A stretch of DNA of 64,000 bases from Candidatus Onstottus frigus (GCA_038040445.1 JBBPIG010000007.1:74310-138309), one strand, 5' to 3'. Shown: positions 48,214 to 59,183, counted from the stretch's first letter. Made by a program: numbers and translations. The notes: generated by a model from the letters alone, not told the origin.

Positions 48214-49620
48214 CTACCGCTGGCTGACCCCGGCAGGACCTTCCGCGTAGAAGAGGCGAACCTCCTTTTCGGTCCTCAACACTCGGTTTGATCCGGCGGT
48301 CAGGACGATGTCGGCGCTGGGCCGCTGCGATTTCAAGCGGCGCTCGCGTTCGATCGCAAGAGCATGGGCGCCCGGCTGCGAACCCTGATCCAGATAGTCA
48401 AGACCAAGCTCGATCTTGGCATATGCTTCCGCGAGTTCATGAAAGGTTATCGCACCAGTTTGAACCCAGTAGTTGCTGCTCAGGTTGTACCAACGCGCGT
48501 CGGGATTCATGGCCACAAGCGAGTCAAATCCTTCAGGCGGCTGCTCTACAGCGAGCTTCTTGCCATCTTTTCGATAACGATTGATGCGGCTGTCGAAGTT
48601 CGTGTCCAGGTTTATGCTTCCGCTGATGGTTATGATCTTTCCCAGCGTTGGAACTTGCCGGCCTGTGTGAAGGCGGTAACGGTAACGCCCTTCCGCGAGT
48701 TGAACCAGGAGAAGCAGTCCTTCATTTGACCAGATATGTTTTGCCACTTGTACAGCATCACCCGCCCGAGACGGGCCGAGGCCGCCCGTGTTCGCCAACA
48801 ACCTTCTATCCAGTTGTACGCGTCCATCGGGATCGAGCTTGATCAACTGGGCATTCTCTGCGCCGACGATCCATCGTAGGCGCGCCAGTCCCTCGGCGGT
48901 GTCGCCGGTTATCCAAAGGCCGCCTCGATTCCTGGATTCAACCCGGTAAGGTCGCACTTCACCGACGACGAGCCTCAGCGCCAGTGTGACCGGTTCCGGC
49001 CTGGGTATAAGCCCTGTATCAATACGGGGCGCGAGACCAAGTGCCGATGCTCTGAAATCGGGCAGCGGTGTAGCAGGAGAAGCATACGTCTCGCGCGCCG
49101 CCGCGACCGGTCGAACTCTGAGCGTCGCATTCCGAGCGCTCTCTGGCAGTGAAGCCCCCTTGGCAGCCGCTGGACTCAAGATGAAGTTCTCAGCGCTCAC
49201 CGCGTGGCGCGTGCTTGGTGGTTTATGCCGGGCGACTGAGGCCAGCGCTTCCGGGTCGCTGCCAGTGACGCGTCTGGGTCGAGTGACCGCCTGATTCGGG
49301 TCCGCTCGCCTAACCAGAAACTCGTCGACGACGCCACGCCCCACCAGGTTCTCGCCGTAACGGCGCGCCGCTTCGCTGGTCGAGAATAGTCCTACAAATA
49401 CCCTGGTCCAGTACCCGCGTGCTTGTAGCTCTACAGTTGCGCAGAATGGACGCTCTCCGGCTCGAACCAGCTTAACGGCGAAACGATCGGCGAGATCCGT
49501 GGTAGGGAACGCAGCAACTTGCAATGTGTAAGGAACGGCTGGATCTGAACCGGCAAGCGCGATTGCCGGGCCTATCAACATGAGCACCGCCGTTGAGAAG
49601 AGAAAGAGCCGCCAGTGCAT
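48214..49620 (-). CDS. Secreted SPOR-domain protein with large C-terminal domain of unknown function
   Basis: Signal peptide; 'YTLQVAAFPTTDLADRFAVKLVRAG...YWTRVFVGLFSTSEAA' fits the SPOR repeat consensus. Confidence 0.5.
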   Translation of the reverse strand: MHWRLFLFSTAVLMLIGPAIALAGSDPAVPYTLQVAAFPTTDLADRFAVKLVRAGERPFCATVELQARGYWTRVFVGLFSTSEAARRYGENLVGRGVVDEFLVRRADPNQAVTRPRRVTGSDPEALASVARHKPPSTRHAVSAENFILSPAAAKGASLPESARNATLRVRPVAAARETYASPATPLPDFRASALGLAPRIDTGLIPRPEPVTLALRLVVGEVRPYRVESRNRGGLWITGDTAEGLARLRWIVGAENAQLIKLDPDGRVQLDRRLLANTGGLGPSRAGDAVQVAKHIWSNEGLLLLVQLAEGRYRYRLHTGRQVPTLGKIITISGSINLDTNFDSRINRYRKDGKKLAVEQPPEGFDSLVAMNPDARWYNLSSNYWVQTGAITFHELAEAYAKIELGLDYLDQGSQPGAHALAIERERRLKSQRPSADIVLTAGSNRVLRTEKEVRLFYAEGPAGVSQR

Positions 49621-50005
49621 GGGCCCTCCGCTAAAAAGTTATTTGTGGGCGTCCAATTCTGCGGGTGCAAAAGACAGCTTCGGGGACTCCGGGGGAGTTG
49701 CAGCTCTGAAGGCTGCAAGTGAAAAGAGGCGGCGGTGGCTAACCGGAAAAGGGAGCACGTCCGCTTACGTTCTTCATCCTAGGTTACGACCAGATCACTG
49801 TCAATAATTACGTCAGTCGTGATCACTCTGGTCCGCGACGTTGACCCAGCAAACATCGCGCCGCGATTCTCAAAGCCGATGGCGCTCCTGGAAACGATTA
49901 TCGACGGCCTCACACTCAATTGTTTTCTGGTGCTAGCGTTAACAAACCAGCTATCGAGCGCTGACTTGCCTTCGCCTGTGCAAGTAACTAGCATGCTCAT
50001 TTCGC

Positions 50006-51274
50006 GTGCTCGCCAAAATGCTGAGTGAAGACACCATAATGCCTCACGAGGGAACAATCGAAACACTCATAGGAGCAGTTCGAAAAGTCAGCAGCTCGCT
50101 TGACCTCGACGAAGTGCTCGACACGATTTTCGATTCGATCAAGGAACTCATCAACTACTCGGCTGCCGTGATCTACGTCATGGACCCGCGGAGCGGCGAA
50201 GTTCACGAATTCAAGACTCGCGGATACGCGCCGCAATCAATATCCGAAGACTTTCTCGCAACCGGCAGCGGCATAATCGGCTGGGTGATTCGAAACCGAA
50301 CAGGCGAAATCGTCGACGATGTGAAGCGCGACGCGCGTTACGTCAAGGTGCGAGCCGAGACCGGCTCCGAGATAGCCGCGCCCATCATTCGCGCCGATGG
50401 CAGGGTCATCGGCGTCATCAATCTCGAAGCCGATGTGGTCAACGGTTACGGTCAGCGCGACCTTGAACTGCTGACGATGTTCGCGTCGCTCGCGGCTGCA
50501 GCGATCGACCACACGCTGCTTTACCGCCAGGTGATGCGCCAGCGCCGAGTCGAGAGCGAGCTCGAGCTTGCGCGCAAAGTAGTCGAGGGCCTGATGCCGC
50601 GCTCGTTCCCGCTGATCGAGGGCTTCGACATCTACGGCACAACGATCTCGTTCCGCGAGGTTGGAGGCGACTACCTTGATTTCATCGACTCGATCTCGGA
50701 CCGGCTGGTTGTTCTGGTAGCGGACGTATCCGGCAAGGGGCTGGCGGCGGCATTGATTATGGTCGCGTTCAGGGCTTACTTTCACGCGACGGTAATCAAC
50801 GAGCTGGCGATGCGAGTGGTGATGTCCCGCGTCAACCGGCTGGTCCACGACACAACCGACGGAGAAAGGTTTATCACTTGTTTTTACGGCTTGATCGATC
50901 CCGAGCACAAACGCTTGCTGTACATCAGCGCCGGTCACAATCCGCCGCTGCTGTTGCGCGGCGACGGGACCAGCGAACTGCTGACCCAAGGCGGTCTGCC
51001 GTTGGGCCTATTCGAGACCTCGCGCTATTCGGAATCGGTGGTCGAGTTCCGCTCGGGCGACATCCTGGTGCTGTACACGGATGGAGTTGTCGAAGCTCGG
51101 AATCAGCTCGATGAAGAATTCGGCGTGGAAGGGCTCGAAAAAGTAGTGCGCGCATCAAGCGACCGGCGCGCCCACGAAATCGTGAAGGCAATAACAACCG
51201 CCGTGGACGAGCACTCTGTTGAGGTGGGCGGCCCCGAAGATGACCTGACAGTGTCGGTAATCAAAGTGAAATAG
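50006..51274 (+). CDS. GAF domain + PP2C-type (SpoIIE/RsbU-like) serine phosphatase
   Basis: N-terminal GAF ('...GIIGWVIRNRTGEIVDDV..D.RY...') and C-terminal 'LVVLVADVSGKGLAAALIM...ERFITCFYGLID...LLYISAGHNPPLL' PP2C motifs. Confidence 0.8.
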   Translation: MLAKMLSEDTIMPHEGTIETLIGAVRKVSSSLDLDEVLDTIFDSIKELINYSAAVIYVMDPRSGEVHEFKTRGYAPQSISEDFLATGSGIIGWVIRNRTGEIVDDVKRDARYVKVRAETGSEIAAPIIRADGRVIGVINLEADVVNGYGQRDLELLTMFASLAAAAIDHTLLYRQVMRQRRVESELELARKVVEGLMPRSFPLIEGFDIYGTTISFREVGGDYLDFIDSISDRLVVLVADVSGKGLAAALIMVAFRAYFHATVINELAMRVVMSRVNRLVHDTTDGERFITCFYGLIDPEHKRLLYISAGHNPPLLLRGDGTSELLTQGGLPLGLFETSRYSESVVEFRSGDILVLYTDGVVEARNQLDEEFGVEGLEKVVRASSDRRAHEIVKAITTAVDEHSVEVGGPEDDLTVSVIKVK

Positions 51275-51281
51275 CCATTAA

Positions 51282-53741
51282 CTACATCACCCTGAACTGA
51301 CCAAGATCGTTCGTAGTCAAGCTGTTGGACTCAGCGAACAGCGCCTTACGTCGCGCCTTGTCCGCATGCATCGCGCGGTCGGCTGCAAGCAGCAACTCAT
51401 CAAACGTCTCACCGTCCACTCCGAAGCTCGCGTAGCCGACGCTCATGCCGATGAACAGCTTAGAGCCCGCATAGCCGAAATCGTGGCGGTCTATCGCTCG
51501 TTGAATTCGCTGCGAAAGCTCCTGCACTTCTTCCGTGCCGACTTGCAGTATCGCCACGAACTCATCACCGGCGTAGCGGCTCACGAAATCCGATGAGCGA
51601 ACCTGACCCAGCAGCAGCACTGAGAACTCTTTCAGCATTTGGTCACCCGCCTGATGCCCAAACTTATCGTTCACCGCCTTGAAGCCATCCAGGTCCATCA
51701 TAACCACCGAGAAACTGTCGCGATGCCGCCGCGCGCGGTCAGCTTCTTCCTCAAAGCGATATCGGAGCGCTCGCGCGTTCGGCAGGCTCGTCAGCAAATC
51801 AGTGAGCACGCCTGTTTCGGTTCGCTCGTGATGGACCGCATTGGCGATCGCATCCGTCGCGAGCTTCGCTACCGCTTCCATCAATCTCAGATGTTCAGCA
51901 GTGTACGCGCTGAGGTCGGCGGAATACAGCGCCAGCGCGCCGAGCATCACTTCGTCCCTTGTGAGCGGCACGACGGTCGCCGTGCGGTACGGTTCGGGCA
52001 GATCGACCTTGAGCACATCGAAATCAAGACGGGGATCGCAATTGTGCATCGGGTGACGATTGGCGACGACCCATCCGGTTATTCCCGCGCCCGAAGGAAC
52101 GCCTTTGCCTTTGAACAACTCGGCGTGGCGCCCCGCAACGTGCGCAGCTTCGACATCGGTCGAGTCCGGCCGCACCAGGTAAAGCACGCAGGTCGTGTAG
52201 CTGACTATGTCTTCCAGTCTCGCAGCGAACACCGCGAACGTGTCGCGCAAGTCCAAGCTCGTACCGATCGTTTGTGCGATGTCGTACAGGGTGATCACTT
52301 CTCGATGCGCGCTGCGTATGCGTTCGTAGACCATCGGTCCGCTCTCGGTGACCGGGGCCCGGGCGATCCCTCGCTCTTGCGGATGCTCGACCCGCCGAGG
52401 CTCGAAGCACTTCTCGCGAATCTCGGCTTCGAACTCATCAAGATGATCCAGAAAAGTTCTAACAACGTTTGGATCGAAGACGGTCCCGCTCCCTTCGTCT
52501 AGCATAGCGATCGCTTCGCCGCGAGTCATCGCCTCGCGATAGTTCCGGTCCTCGCGCACTGCGTCGAAGCAATCCGATAGCGTCAGTATTCGCGCGGTCA
52601 TCGGAATCTCGTCGCCGCGCAGGCCGTCGGGATAGCCCCGCCCATCCCAGCGCTCATGATGGTGACGAACGACGGGCACGACGGGATAAGGGAAGCCGAC
52701 TCGCTCGAGTATCTCGGCTCCGACGATGGTATGCACTTTCATCTTGTCGAACTCGGCGGGCGTGAGCGGACCGGGCTTGTTCAGGATGTAGTCGGGCACG
52801 GCCAGCTTGCCGATGTCGTGTAGCAGCGCGCCGGCCCTGAGAGCTTCGATCTCCGGCTCCGATAGGCCGAACAATCGCGCGAGTCCCGTAGCATAGACTT
52901 GCACGCGATGGACGTGGTCGGCGGTCACTTCGTCCTTGGCGTCGATGGCGATGGCCAGCGCCTCGATGGTCTTCAAGTGAAGCTCGGCCATCTGCTCGGC
53001 GTGACGGTTCGAGGTCTCGACCCGCTCGAGATAGACTTTGTAGGTCAAGAAGGTGACGGCCAGGATCGGAACCGAAATGATGAAGGCGTAAAATGAAATG
53101 ACCGTGATCAGCTTGACGATCAGGCAGGCGCTCGCCGCGCCGGCGAAGACCGATATCGAAGTCAACAGGAACGATTGTTTCCAGGTGTCGACGATTCCTC
53201 GCTCGTTTTCCAGTGCGGCCGCCACGCTCATCATAGCGGAGTTCAGTACGAGATGAATCACCCCGAGCATTCCCGCGGCGAGGACCAATGTCCCCGGATC
53301 AGAAGCGAGCGTTTTCGGTTCGCCAAATACCAGAGAGACCGCCGCGCCCGAAACGAAGATGGACAAGCTCATCGCCGCCGCGTCAAACAAGATCATCTTG
53401 CGGCGTTCCTTGAACCCGAGCGCGCACACGGCAACGTCGAGCCCGGCGAGCACCACCGAGGGGTGTACGCCGTAGAGCAGTATCGAGATGAAGATGAATG
53501 ACTCGGACAGAGTGACGGCGCTTCTGGCCCTGGGGATCCCGATGTCGATGCGCGAAACCATCAGTATCGTCACCAGGCTTAACAGGACCCATTCGAAGTT
53601 GATGGGGTGCAAGGCGACCGCGAAAGCCGAGTAAGCGAAAAACATCAGTCCAATCAGAGACACCGCTGCTATGAAGAGACTGGCGGTATTTTTGCGCTCA
53701 CTGGGTTTCATGACCTGGTTTCTCGGCCGAGCAAAGTACAA
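51282..53741 (-). CDS. Multi-domain c-di-GMP signalling membrane protein: 7-TM sensor + HD-GYP + GAF + GGDEF (AGDEF variant)
   Basis: HD-GYP: 'ALLHDIGK...HHERWDGRGYPDGL'. GGDEF: 'RYAGDEFVAIL' with upstream 'DLDGFKAVND'. N-terminal multi-TM region. Confidence 0.8.
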   Translation of the reverse strand: MYFARPRNQVMKPSERKNTASLFIAAVSLIGLMFFAYSAFAVALHPINFEWVLLSLVTILMVSRIDIGIPRARSAVTLSESFIFISILLYGVHPSVVLAGLDVAVCALGFKERRKMILFDAAAMSLSIFVSGAAVSLVFGEPKTLASDPGTLVLAAGMLGVIHLVLNSAMMSVAAALENERGIVDTWKQSFLLTSISVFAGAASACLIVKLITVISFYAFIISVPILAVTFLTYKVYLERVETSNRHAEQMAELHLKTIEALAIAIDAKDEVTADHVHRVQVYATGLARLFGLSEPEIEALRAGALLHDIGKLAVPDYILNKPGPLTPAEFDKMKVHTIVGAEILERVGFPYPVVPVVRHHHERWDGRGYPDGLRGDEIPMTARILTLSDCFDAVREDRNYREAMTRGEAIAMLDEGSGTVFDPNVVRTFLDHLDEFEAEIREKCFEPRRVEHPQERGIARAPVTESGPMVYERIRSAHREVITLYDIAQTIGTSLDLRDTFAVFAARLEDIVSYTTCVLYLVRPDSTDVEAAHVAGRHAELFKGKGVPSGAGITGWVVANRHPMHNCDPRLDFDVLKVDLPEPYRTATVVPLTRDEVMLGALALYSADLSAYTAEHLRLMEAVAKLATDAIANAVHHERTETGVLTDLLTSLPNARALRYRFEEEADRARRHRDSFSVVMMDLDGFKAVNDKFGHQAGDQMLKEFSVLLLGQVRSSDFVSRYAGDEFVAILQVGTEEVQELSQRIQRAIDRHDFGYAGSKLFIGMSVGYASFGVDGETFDELLLAADRAMHADKARRKALFAESNSLTTNDLGQFRVM

Positions 53742-54048
53742 ATCCGATTCACTAAGGCGACCCGCGTTCCACCGCTTGGTGCGTGCTCAAGTCAGCGTAA
53801 GGCGAACAAATCGTTACCCGAACGTGCCCCGGGCCGCGCGACTTATGAGGAGAATCGGACCAAATTGAATGAATAGTTTCGGTCAAATTGCCGCATAGCC
53901 GTGGCGGAAGTAGCGCAGACTTTAGAGTCTATGCCACCGGCTGTCGCAATAGAAAACCATTGGGCCGTTCTTTGCGTATGAACCAGTTGGTAAGGTATAA
54001 ATGAATCAACCGTGTTAGCCCCAATCTACAAAAAGGTGTTTAGGCAAA

Positions 54049-54702
54049 GTGCATCACAAGAAGTTCTTGGTCACAGCAGTCATCACAGCCGCAGCTCTCG
54101 CCGTTGCGATCTCAACAATCGTTTTCAGCTACGGCCCTCCCGCGGAATCCCGTTCTACGGACGAGAATCGAGCTGAGCCGCTGGAGGACGCAGCCGGAGA
54201 AGTCGCAGCAACCCTGCCGTTGTTTCACCGAGTCGATTCGAATTATGTCCGCGGGTCGCAGCCTTTGCGCGGCGGCATCAGAACGCTCAGCCGCCTCGGA
54301 GTCAGGACCCTCGTCGACTTGCGCTCAATTTACGATCACACGAAGGACATCAAGGAAGCGGCCGAGCTTGCCGGCCTCGCTTACCAATGGGTGCCGATGA
54401 GCGTTTGGAATCCGCCCACTGATGAGGAAGCCGATCGGTTCGTATCGGTCGTGACGGACACCGCGAACGGTCCGTTCTATGTTTTCTGCGCGGACGGGTT
54501 GAACCGCACGGGCGAGATGACCGCGATCTATCGCGTCGCGCACTCAAACTGGACTGTTGAGAAGGCGCTCGATGAAGCGGACGAGCTTGGCTTCAACCCT
54601 TATTACTACACGCTGCGGAGCTACGTCTGGGACTATGCGCGCAAGTTCAGGCCGTCATCAGTGCCTCCCACCGGCCGCCGGGTGAGTCCCCTCGAACCGT
54701 AA
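54049..54702 (+). CDS. Protein-tyrosine/dual-specificity phosphatase family protein (CX5R)
   Basis: 'FYVFCADGLNRTGEM' contains the C-x5-R P-loop; N-terminal TM anchor. Confidence 0.65.
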   Translation: MHHKKFLVTAVITAAALAVAISTIVFSYGPPAESRSTDENRAEPLEDAAGEVAATLPLFHRVDSNYVRGSQPLRGGIRTLSRLGVRTLVDLRSIYDHTKDIKEAAELAGLAYQWVPMSVWNPPTDEEADRFVSVVTDTANGPFYVFCADGLNRTGEMTAIYRVAHSNWTVEKALDEADELGFNPYYYTLRSYVWDYARKFRPSSVPPTGRRVSPLEP

Positions 54703-54892
54703 GCAACAAAGTAGATCTTACTTAAGCACGATCAGATCAATCACGAAAACTCGCCGCCTGGTTTTCACACGCGGGCAAGCTCGCCACCTCTGGATAGTTT
54801 GGCGCGACACGCTTGCTTGATAATGAGGCGCCGCTTCAATCATACTTCGCCCGGAAAGATGGGCAGGCAGGCCTCCCAACAAGAGTAACCAA

Positions 54893-56272
54893 ATGGCAAA
54901 GTCCAAGTCTCCTAAGCTTGTCTTCGTCTGTCAACAATGCGGCTCGCAGCAGCCGAGATGGATGGGCAAATGCCCCGACTGCGGCGAGTGGAATTCGCTG
55001 GTTGAAGAGAAGTCCACGAGCGCACACCCGGAGTCTTCCCCTCGCGGCGGGTTGTTTCGCATGCGGGAAGTCGCGCCGGTCGCTTATCAGGATATCGAAA
55101 GTCAGAACGACGCGCGCCAGCCCTCGGGCATTGAAGAGTTCGATCGAGTGCTTGGCGGCGGAATAGTTCCAGGCTCACTTGTGCTGATCGGCGGCGATCC
55201 CGGCATCGGCAAATCAACGCTGCTGCTCGAAGTGGCGGACAAGCTTTCGATCACCTGCGGCAGAGTCCTGTACATCTCGGGCGAAGAGAGCGAGCGGCAG
55301 ATCAAGCTGCGCGGCGAGCGGCTAGGCATCAATCCCACGGGTCTGTACCTCTTGCCCGAAACGTGTCTCGAACGAATCTTTCAAGAGATCGACCGGCTTG
55401 ACCCGCAAGCGGTAATCGTCGATTCCGTGCAAACCGTATTCTCGATGAAGCTCGAATCCGCGCCGGGATCGGTTTCGCAAGTCCGCGAAGTAGCGGGGCA
55501 GTTTTTGATGCTTGCTAAGAACCGCTCGGTGCCCGTGTTCCTGATCGGGCACGTCACCAAAGACGGGGCGATCGCCGGACCGAAAGCGCTCGAGCATATC
55601 GTCGATACGGTCCTCTACTTCGAAGGCGAGCGCCATCATAATCATCGCATCATTCGCGCGGTGAAGAACCGCTTCGGCGCGGCGAATGAAGTCGGGGTGT
55701 TCGAAATGACCAGCCGCGGGCTGGTGCCTGTGCTCAATCCCTCCGGGTTGTTTTTGAATGAGCGGCCCGTTGGAGTGTCGGGCTCGGTGGTGACGGCTTG
55801 CGTGGAGGGCACACGGCCGATGCTGGTCGAGCTTCAAGCGCTGGTCACCTCAACGAAATACGCGACTGCTCGACGGATGACACAGGGCGTTGATGCGAAC
55901 CGCGTTTCGCTGCTGATGGCGATGCTCGAAAAGCGAGTAGGCATGCACGTACTCGGCGACGACGTTTTCGTGAATGTGGCAGGTGGCATGACGATAGACG
56001 AACCGGCGGCCGACCTGGGCATTGTCGCAGCGATTGCATCGAGCTTCCGCAATGTTCCTGTTGACGAACGCTCGGCAGTGTTTGGAGAAGTCGGGTTGGC
56101 CGGCGAAGTGCGCGCGACAAGCCAGGCTTCAGTGCGAGTGCGTGAAGCTTACTCAATGGGCTTCCGCCGCTGCGTGATTCCTCACGGGAACCTCGCCGGG
56201 CTCGAGTACGACGACGGGATTGAAGTAGTTGGGGTGCGCAACGTCGGTGATGCGCTCGAGGCGTTGTTTTGA
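54893..56272 (+). CDS. radA: DNA repair protein RadA (Sms)
   Basis: N-terminal zinc finger 'CQQCGSQQPRWMGKCPDCGEWNS', Walker A 'GGDPGIGKSTLLL', KNRFG motif 'AVKNRFGAANE', Lon-like C-terminal domain. Confidence 0.9.
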   Translation: MAKSKSPKLVFVCQQCGSQQPRWMGKCPDCGEWNSLVEEKSTSAHPESSPRGGLFRMREVAPVAYQDIESQNDARQPSGIEEFDRVLGGGIVPGSLVLIGGDPGIGKSTLLLEVADKLSITCGRVLYISGEESERQIKLRGERLGINPTGLYLLPETCLERIFQEIDRLDPQAVIVDSVQTVFSMKLESAPGSVSQVREVAGQFLMLAKNRSVPVFLIGHVTKDGAIAGPKALEHIVDTVLYFEGERHHNHRIIRAVKNRFGAANEVGVFEMTSRGLVPVLNPSGLFLNERPVGVSGSVVTACVEGTRPMLVELQALVTSTKYATARRMTQGVDANRVSLLMAMLEKRVGMHVLGDDVFVNVAGGMTIDEPAADLGIVAAIASSFRNVPVDERSAVFGEVGLAGEVRATSQASVRVREAYSMGFRRCVIPHGNLAGLEYDDGIEVVGVRNVGDALEALF

Positions 56273-56439
56273 TTTGCAGGTTTTTTCCGATCAATTGCTG
56301 AATCAAAATCCACTAAACGAAACGTCCACTTAACAGTTAGCTTCTACGGGACTGCAGTCGTGTGGAAGTGACGCCCGCTGGGTCAGAACCCCAAAACGTT
56401 CAGCGAGCACGGTCAGCAGTTTGACGTTAAGGCCGGGTC

Positions 56440-56901
56440 TCAAAGTGAGGATGTGATTTCCGCAAGCTTAACCGAAATCTCTCTTGATGCTGCTTCCTGG
56501 GCTTCTGAAAGCAACGCCGTCATACTGTCAGACAGATCAGCCAGACAAAGTTCGATCTCCTGCGGTAGTCGGCCACGCTGTTGTTCACTCATGGAGTAGT
56601 CGTAAATATCTTTGTCAGCCAGGATCATCAGCTTCTGGGGCGCTTCCGAAAGTATAAGAAACATGATGTCGGAATGAATCTTCCTCATCTTGGACTTGGC
56701 GAAGCCTCCTTTCTTCGCGCGCCCACTGTTTGCCGATATGCAACCAACGATCTGACCGTCATTGGATACTGCGTCAAACGCGAAGAAACCGTTGTTTCGT
56801 AAGGGAGCAATCTTTTTGGTAAACACTTGACCGTACTTTCGATGAAGCCATTCCGCCCGAATGTACTCCTCGACGATAAGGAATGATTTTGAAACAGCCA
56901 T
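56440..56901 (-). CDS. Hypothetical protein in low-GC islet
   Basis: Start at internal ATG 56901 ('MAVSKSFLIVEEYIRAEW...'). ~47% GC versus ~60% in the flanks. No motif recognised. Confidence 0.4.
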   Translation of the reverse strand: MAVSKSFLIVEEYIRAEWLHRKYGQVFTKKIAPLRNNGFFAFDAVSNDGQIVGCISANSGRAKKGGFAKSKMRKIHSDIMFLILSEAPQKLMILADKDIYDYSMSEQQRGRLPQEIELCLADLSDSMTALLSEAQEAASREISVKLAEITSSL

Positions 56902-57136
56902 GTTTGGTCTCCAGGACCATGGTAGACGATCCCAATTCCAGGTCAATCGTTTCGACAACTGAACATGTGCTGCGCAAACTGGACTTGCCACGTTTGAACT
57001 GACATATCGAGGAGCAGTTCTGAAACAAAACATATCCGTTGCGACGAACTATCTACTAGATAATAAGGGGCCTGTGATGTAATAGATATGGGGGTTTGTC
57101 ACTTAAAAAGTGAAACGCAATTCGGCCTCTGTTCTT

Positions 57137-58098
57137 CTATTCGACGGGCAAGAGCTTCCAAGCTGGCAGCCAGCCGGTCTTGCCCTTATAGGCTCCGTCC
57201 AGGATGCGCACCCTAATCAGGCATTCCGCAGCAAGCTGTCGTGGGTATTGATCCGACTGCCCGCGGATCTTGGCGAGCTCACTTTCCAAGTGCATTTTGA
57301 AGTAGGAAAGGGAGGTTTCAAGTATTTTCACCTTAACTTCGACCGGAACAAGCAGCAAATTACCTCCGTCTGTAAGTTCGTTAATGCCTTGTGAATCTTT
57401 TGCAGCTACAGATTTATTATAATCATCGTACGAAGACGAATACACTGCCATGACAACGCGGGGTCTGGAGTCCGTTTCCTCGTTTTGTCTGGCCTTGAGG
57501 TCGGAGTCTACAACCCGAGCTACGCGCCCCGGTTCAATAGTCATGCTGACATCGAGCTTATTTGCTCGCAGTCCTGAGGCTACTGCTACTGACAACGCCC
57601 AAATTCCGCGCTGAGCTTTCTCTGCCTCTCGCTCGGCTGCGCGTACGTCGCGCGCATACTTGAACGGGTTGTCCGTGTCGGTGAGACAGCAACCCTGTCG
57701 GACAATCTCGAGATTTATAAATAATCGATCTGGCATACGATAGATGTAGACCATGGCATTGCCATCACTATCTACCGCCAAGTCAGGCTCCAACTCAATC
57801 AATATGTGTGCCCTGCGATTAGCGAGTTTAGGCAATTAGTCGCTTGAGAAGCGTTGAATCGCGCATTAACGCCGATGAGCCGCACAACACTCTCTTTTCC
57901 GTGCAGCATGAGCACAGCTCTTGCGCCATCGAGTACTCGCAACACCTTCCAGACACTGTCGGAGGTTTTTGTTTTGGTCTGAGAGACTCCTAGACTTGGC
58001 GAGAAAACACTCAGGATGAGAAAACCCGCTGCTAGGTGTTTCTTCATTACTACCTCGCTATCTAGACACAGGGCTGAGGCGTCACTCCAAAGTGACAT
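57137..58098 (-). pseudogene. Thermonuclease (SNase-like) gene disrupted by a frameshift
   Basis: ORF 57799-58098 encodes a signal peptide plus the SNase N-terminus ('KVLRVLDGARAVLMLHGKESVVRLIGVNA'). The overlapping ORF 57137-57835 in another frame continues with the SNase C-terminal motifs ('MVYIYRMPDRLFINLEIVRQGC...ARDVRAAEREAEKAQRGIWA'). A sequencing error cannot be excluded. Confidence 0.5.
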
Positions 58099-58303
58099 TG
58101 CCTAACCGAGGATCGCCAACTCGCAACAGGCTAGGAGCAATGATGGTATTCTGGCAGCCAGTTACAGTGAGTCAAGCCTTTTAGTGGCGTAACCAATATT
58201 CTTTGAGTGTGCGCAGGTTTCGTGGAGCAACGGTTTACGCGAGCACAGATTCCGTGGCGGCCCTCTCGTCTAATCCGCTAATAAGCACTGCGTAGCCCGC
58301 GCG

Positions 58304-58546
58304 TTAGCGGGTGGGTAAGGATGGCTTGAAGATAGCTTCGAGTTGGCGCTCAATTCGATCCAAGCGCTGCTCAAGGGCCGCAAACCGAGTATCCTGAGCC
58401 GCAAACCGGGCGTCGAGATAGCCACGAAGATCATCAATCCGCTTGTTCATCGCCTGCTGATTAAGCCAGCTTGCGCCAAAGATGCTGACGATGAAGGTCG
58501 CTAACGCAATGATGATGGTCACGATCAGTGGATTCATCGGCGTCAT
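58304..58546 (-). CDS. Small membrane-anchored coiled-coil protein (paralog of 26011-26349)
   Basis: 'IVSIFGASWLNQQAMNKRIDDLRGYLDARFAAQDTRFAALEQRLDRIERQLEAIFKP'. Confidence 0.5.
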   Translation of the reverse strand: MTPMNPLIVTIIIALATFIVSIFGASWLNQQAMNKRIDDLRGYLDARFAAQDTRFAALEQRLDRIERQLEAIFKPSLPTR

Positions 58547-58618
58547 TATACTGAGTTGACCGAGGGAAGACTAGGGCTTGTCAAACATTGCGGACAGCTT
58601 CTTGAACCCTTGTTCTGT

Positions 58619-59095
58619 TCAGGGCGCCGGGTTGCTCTTTCCAATCCAATAATCCGGCCGCTCTTGCGTACTCGGATCGTGTCTCTCCATCCACCGCTCG
58701 GGAAGTTTCAGTTCATTGAATCCGAACTTGCGATAAAGATCGTGCGCGTCTTTCGTCGCAAGCACCCATCGCCTGAAACCTTGAAGTTCGGGATGCGAGA
58801 TGATCACTTCCATCAGCCATTTCGAAAGGCCGTGCCCGCGATGCGACTCAAGCACAAACACGTCGGCTATCCACGCGAACGTTGCGTAGTCGGTGATGAC
58901 TCGCGCGAATCCGACTTGCTGATCGCCCTTGTAGAGACCAAACGGAATCGAGTGTTCGATCGACCGGCGGATTGTCTCGACGGATCGCCCCGCGGCCCAA
59001 TATGAAGTGTCCAGGAAACTGTGAATGACACCAATGTCGAGGCGTGTCTTGTCGGTGCTGATCGTGTATTCGCCTCTGTGCCAATGACCGTCCAT
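58619..59095 (-). CDS. GNAT-family N-acetyltransferase
   Basis: 'VGFARVITDYATFAWIADVFVLESHRGHGLSKWLMEVI' spans acetyl-CoA-binding motif A (R/Q-x-x-G-x-G/A). Confidence 0.8.
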   Translation of the reverse strand: MDGHWHRGEYTISTDKTRLDIGVIHSFLDTSYWAAGRSVETIRRSIEHSIPFGLYKGDQQVGFARVITDYATFAWIADVFVLESHRGHGLSKWLMEVIISHPELQGFRRWVLATKDAHDLYRKFGFNELKLPERWMERHDPSTQERPDYWIGKSNPAP

Positions 59096-59183
59096 GCTCG
59101 CCCTCCGTTCGTGTCATCAACGCGCTGAAGAGTGCTCAACTCCCTCCCGCAATCGGCGTTCGGCCAGGCGATCTGCAGGTCGA

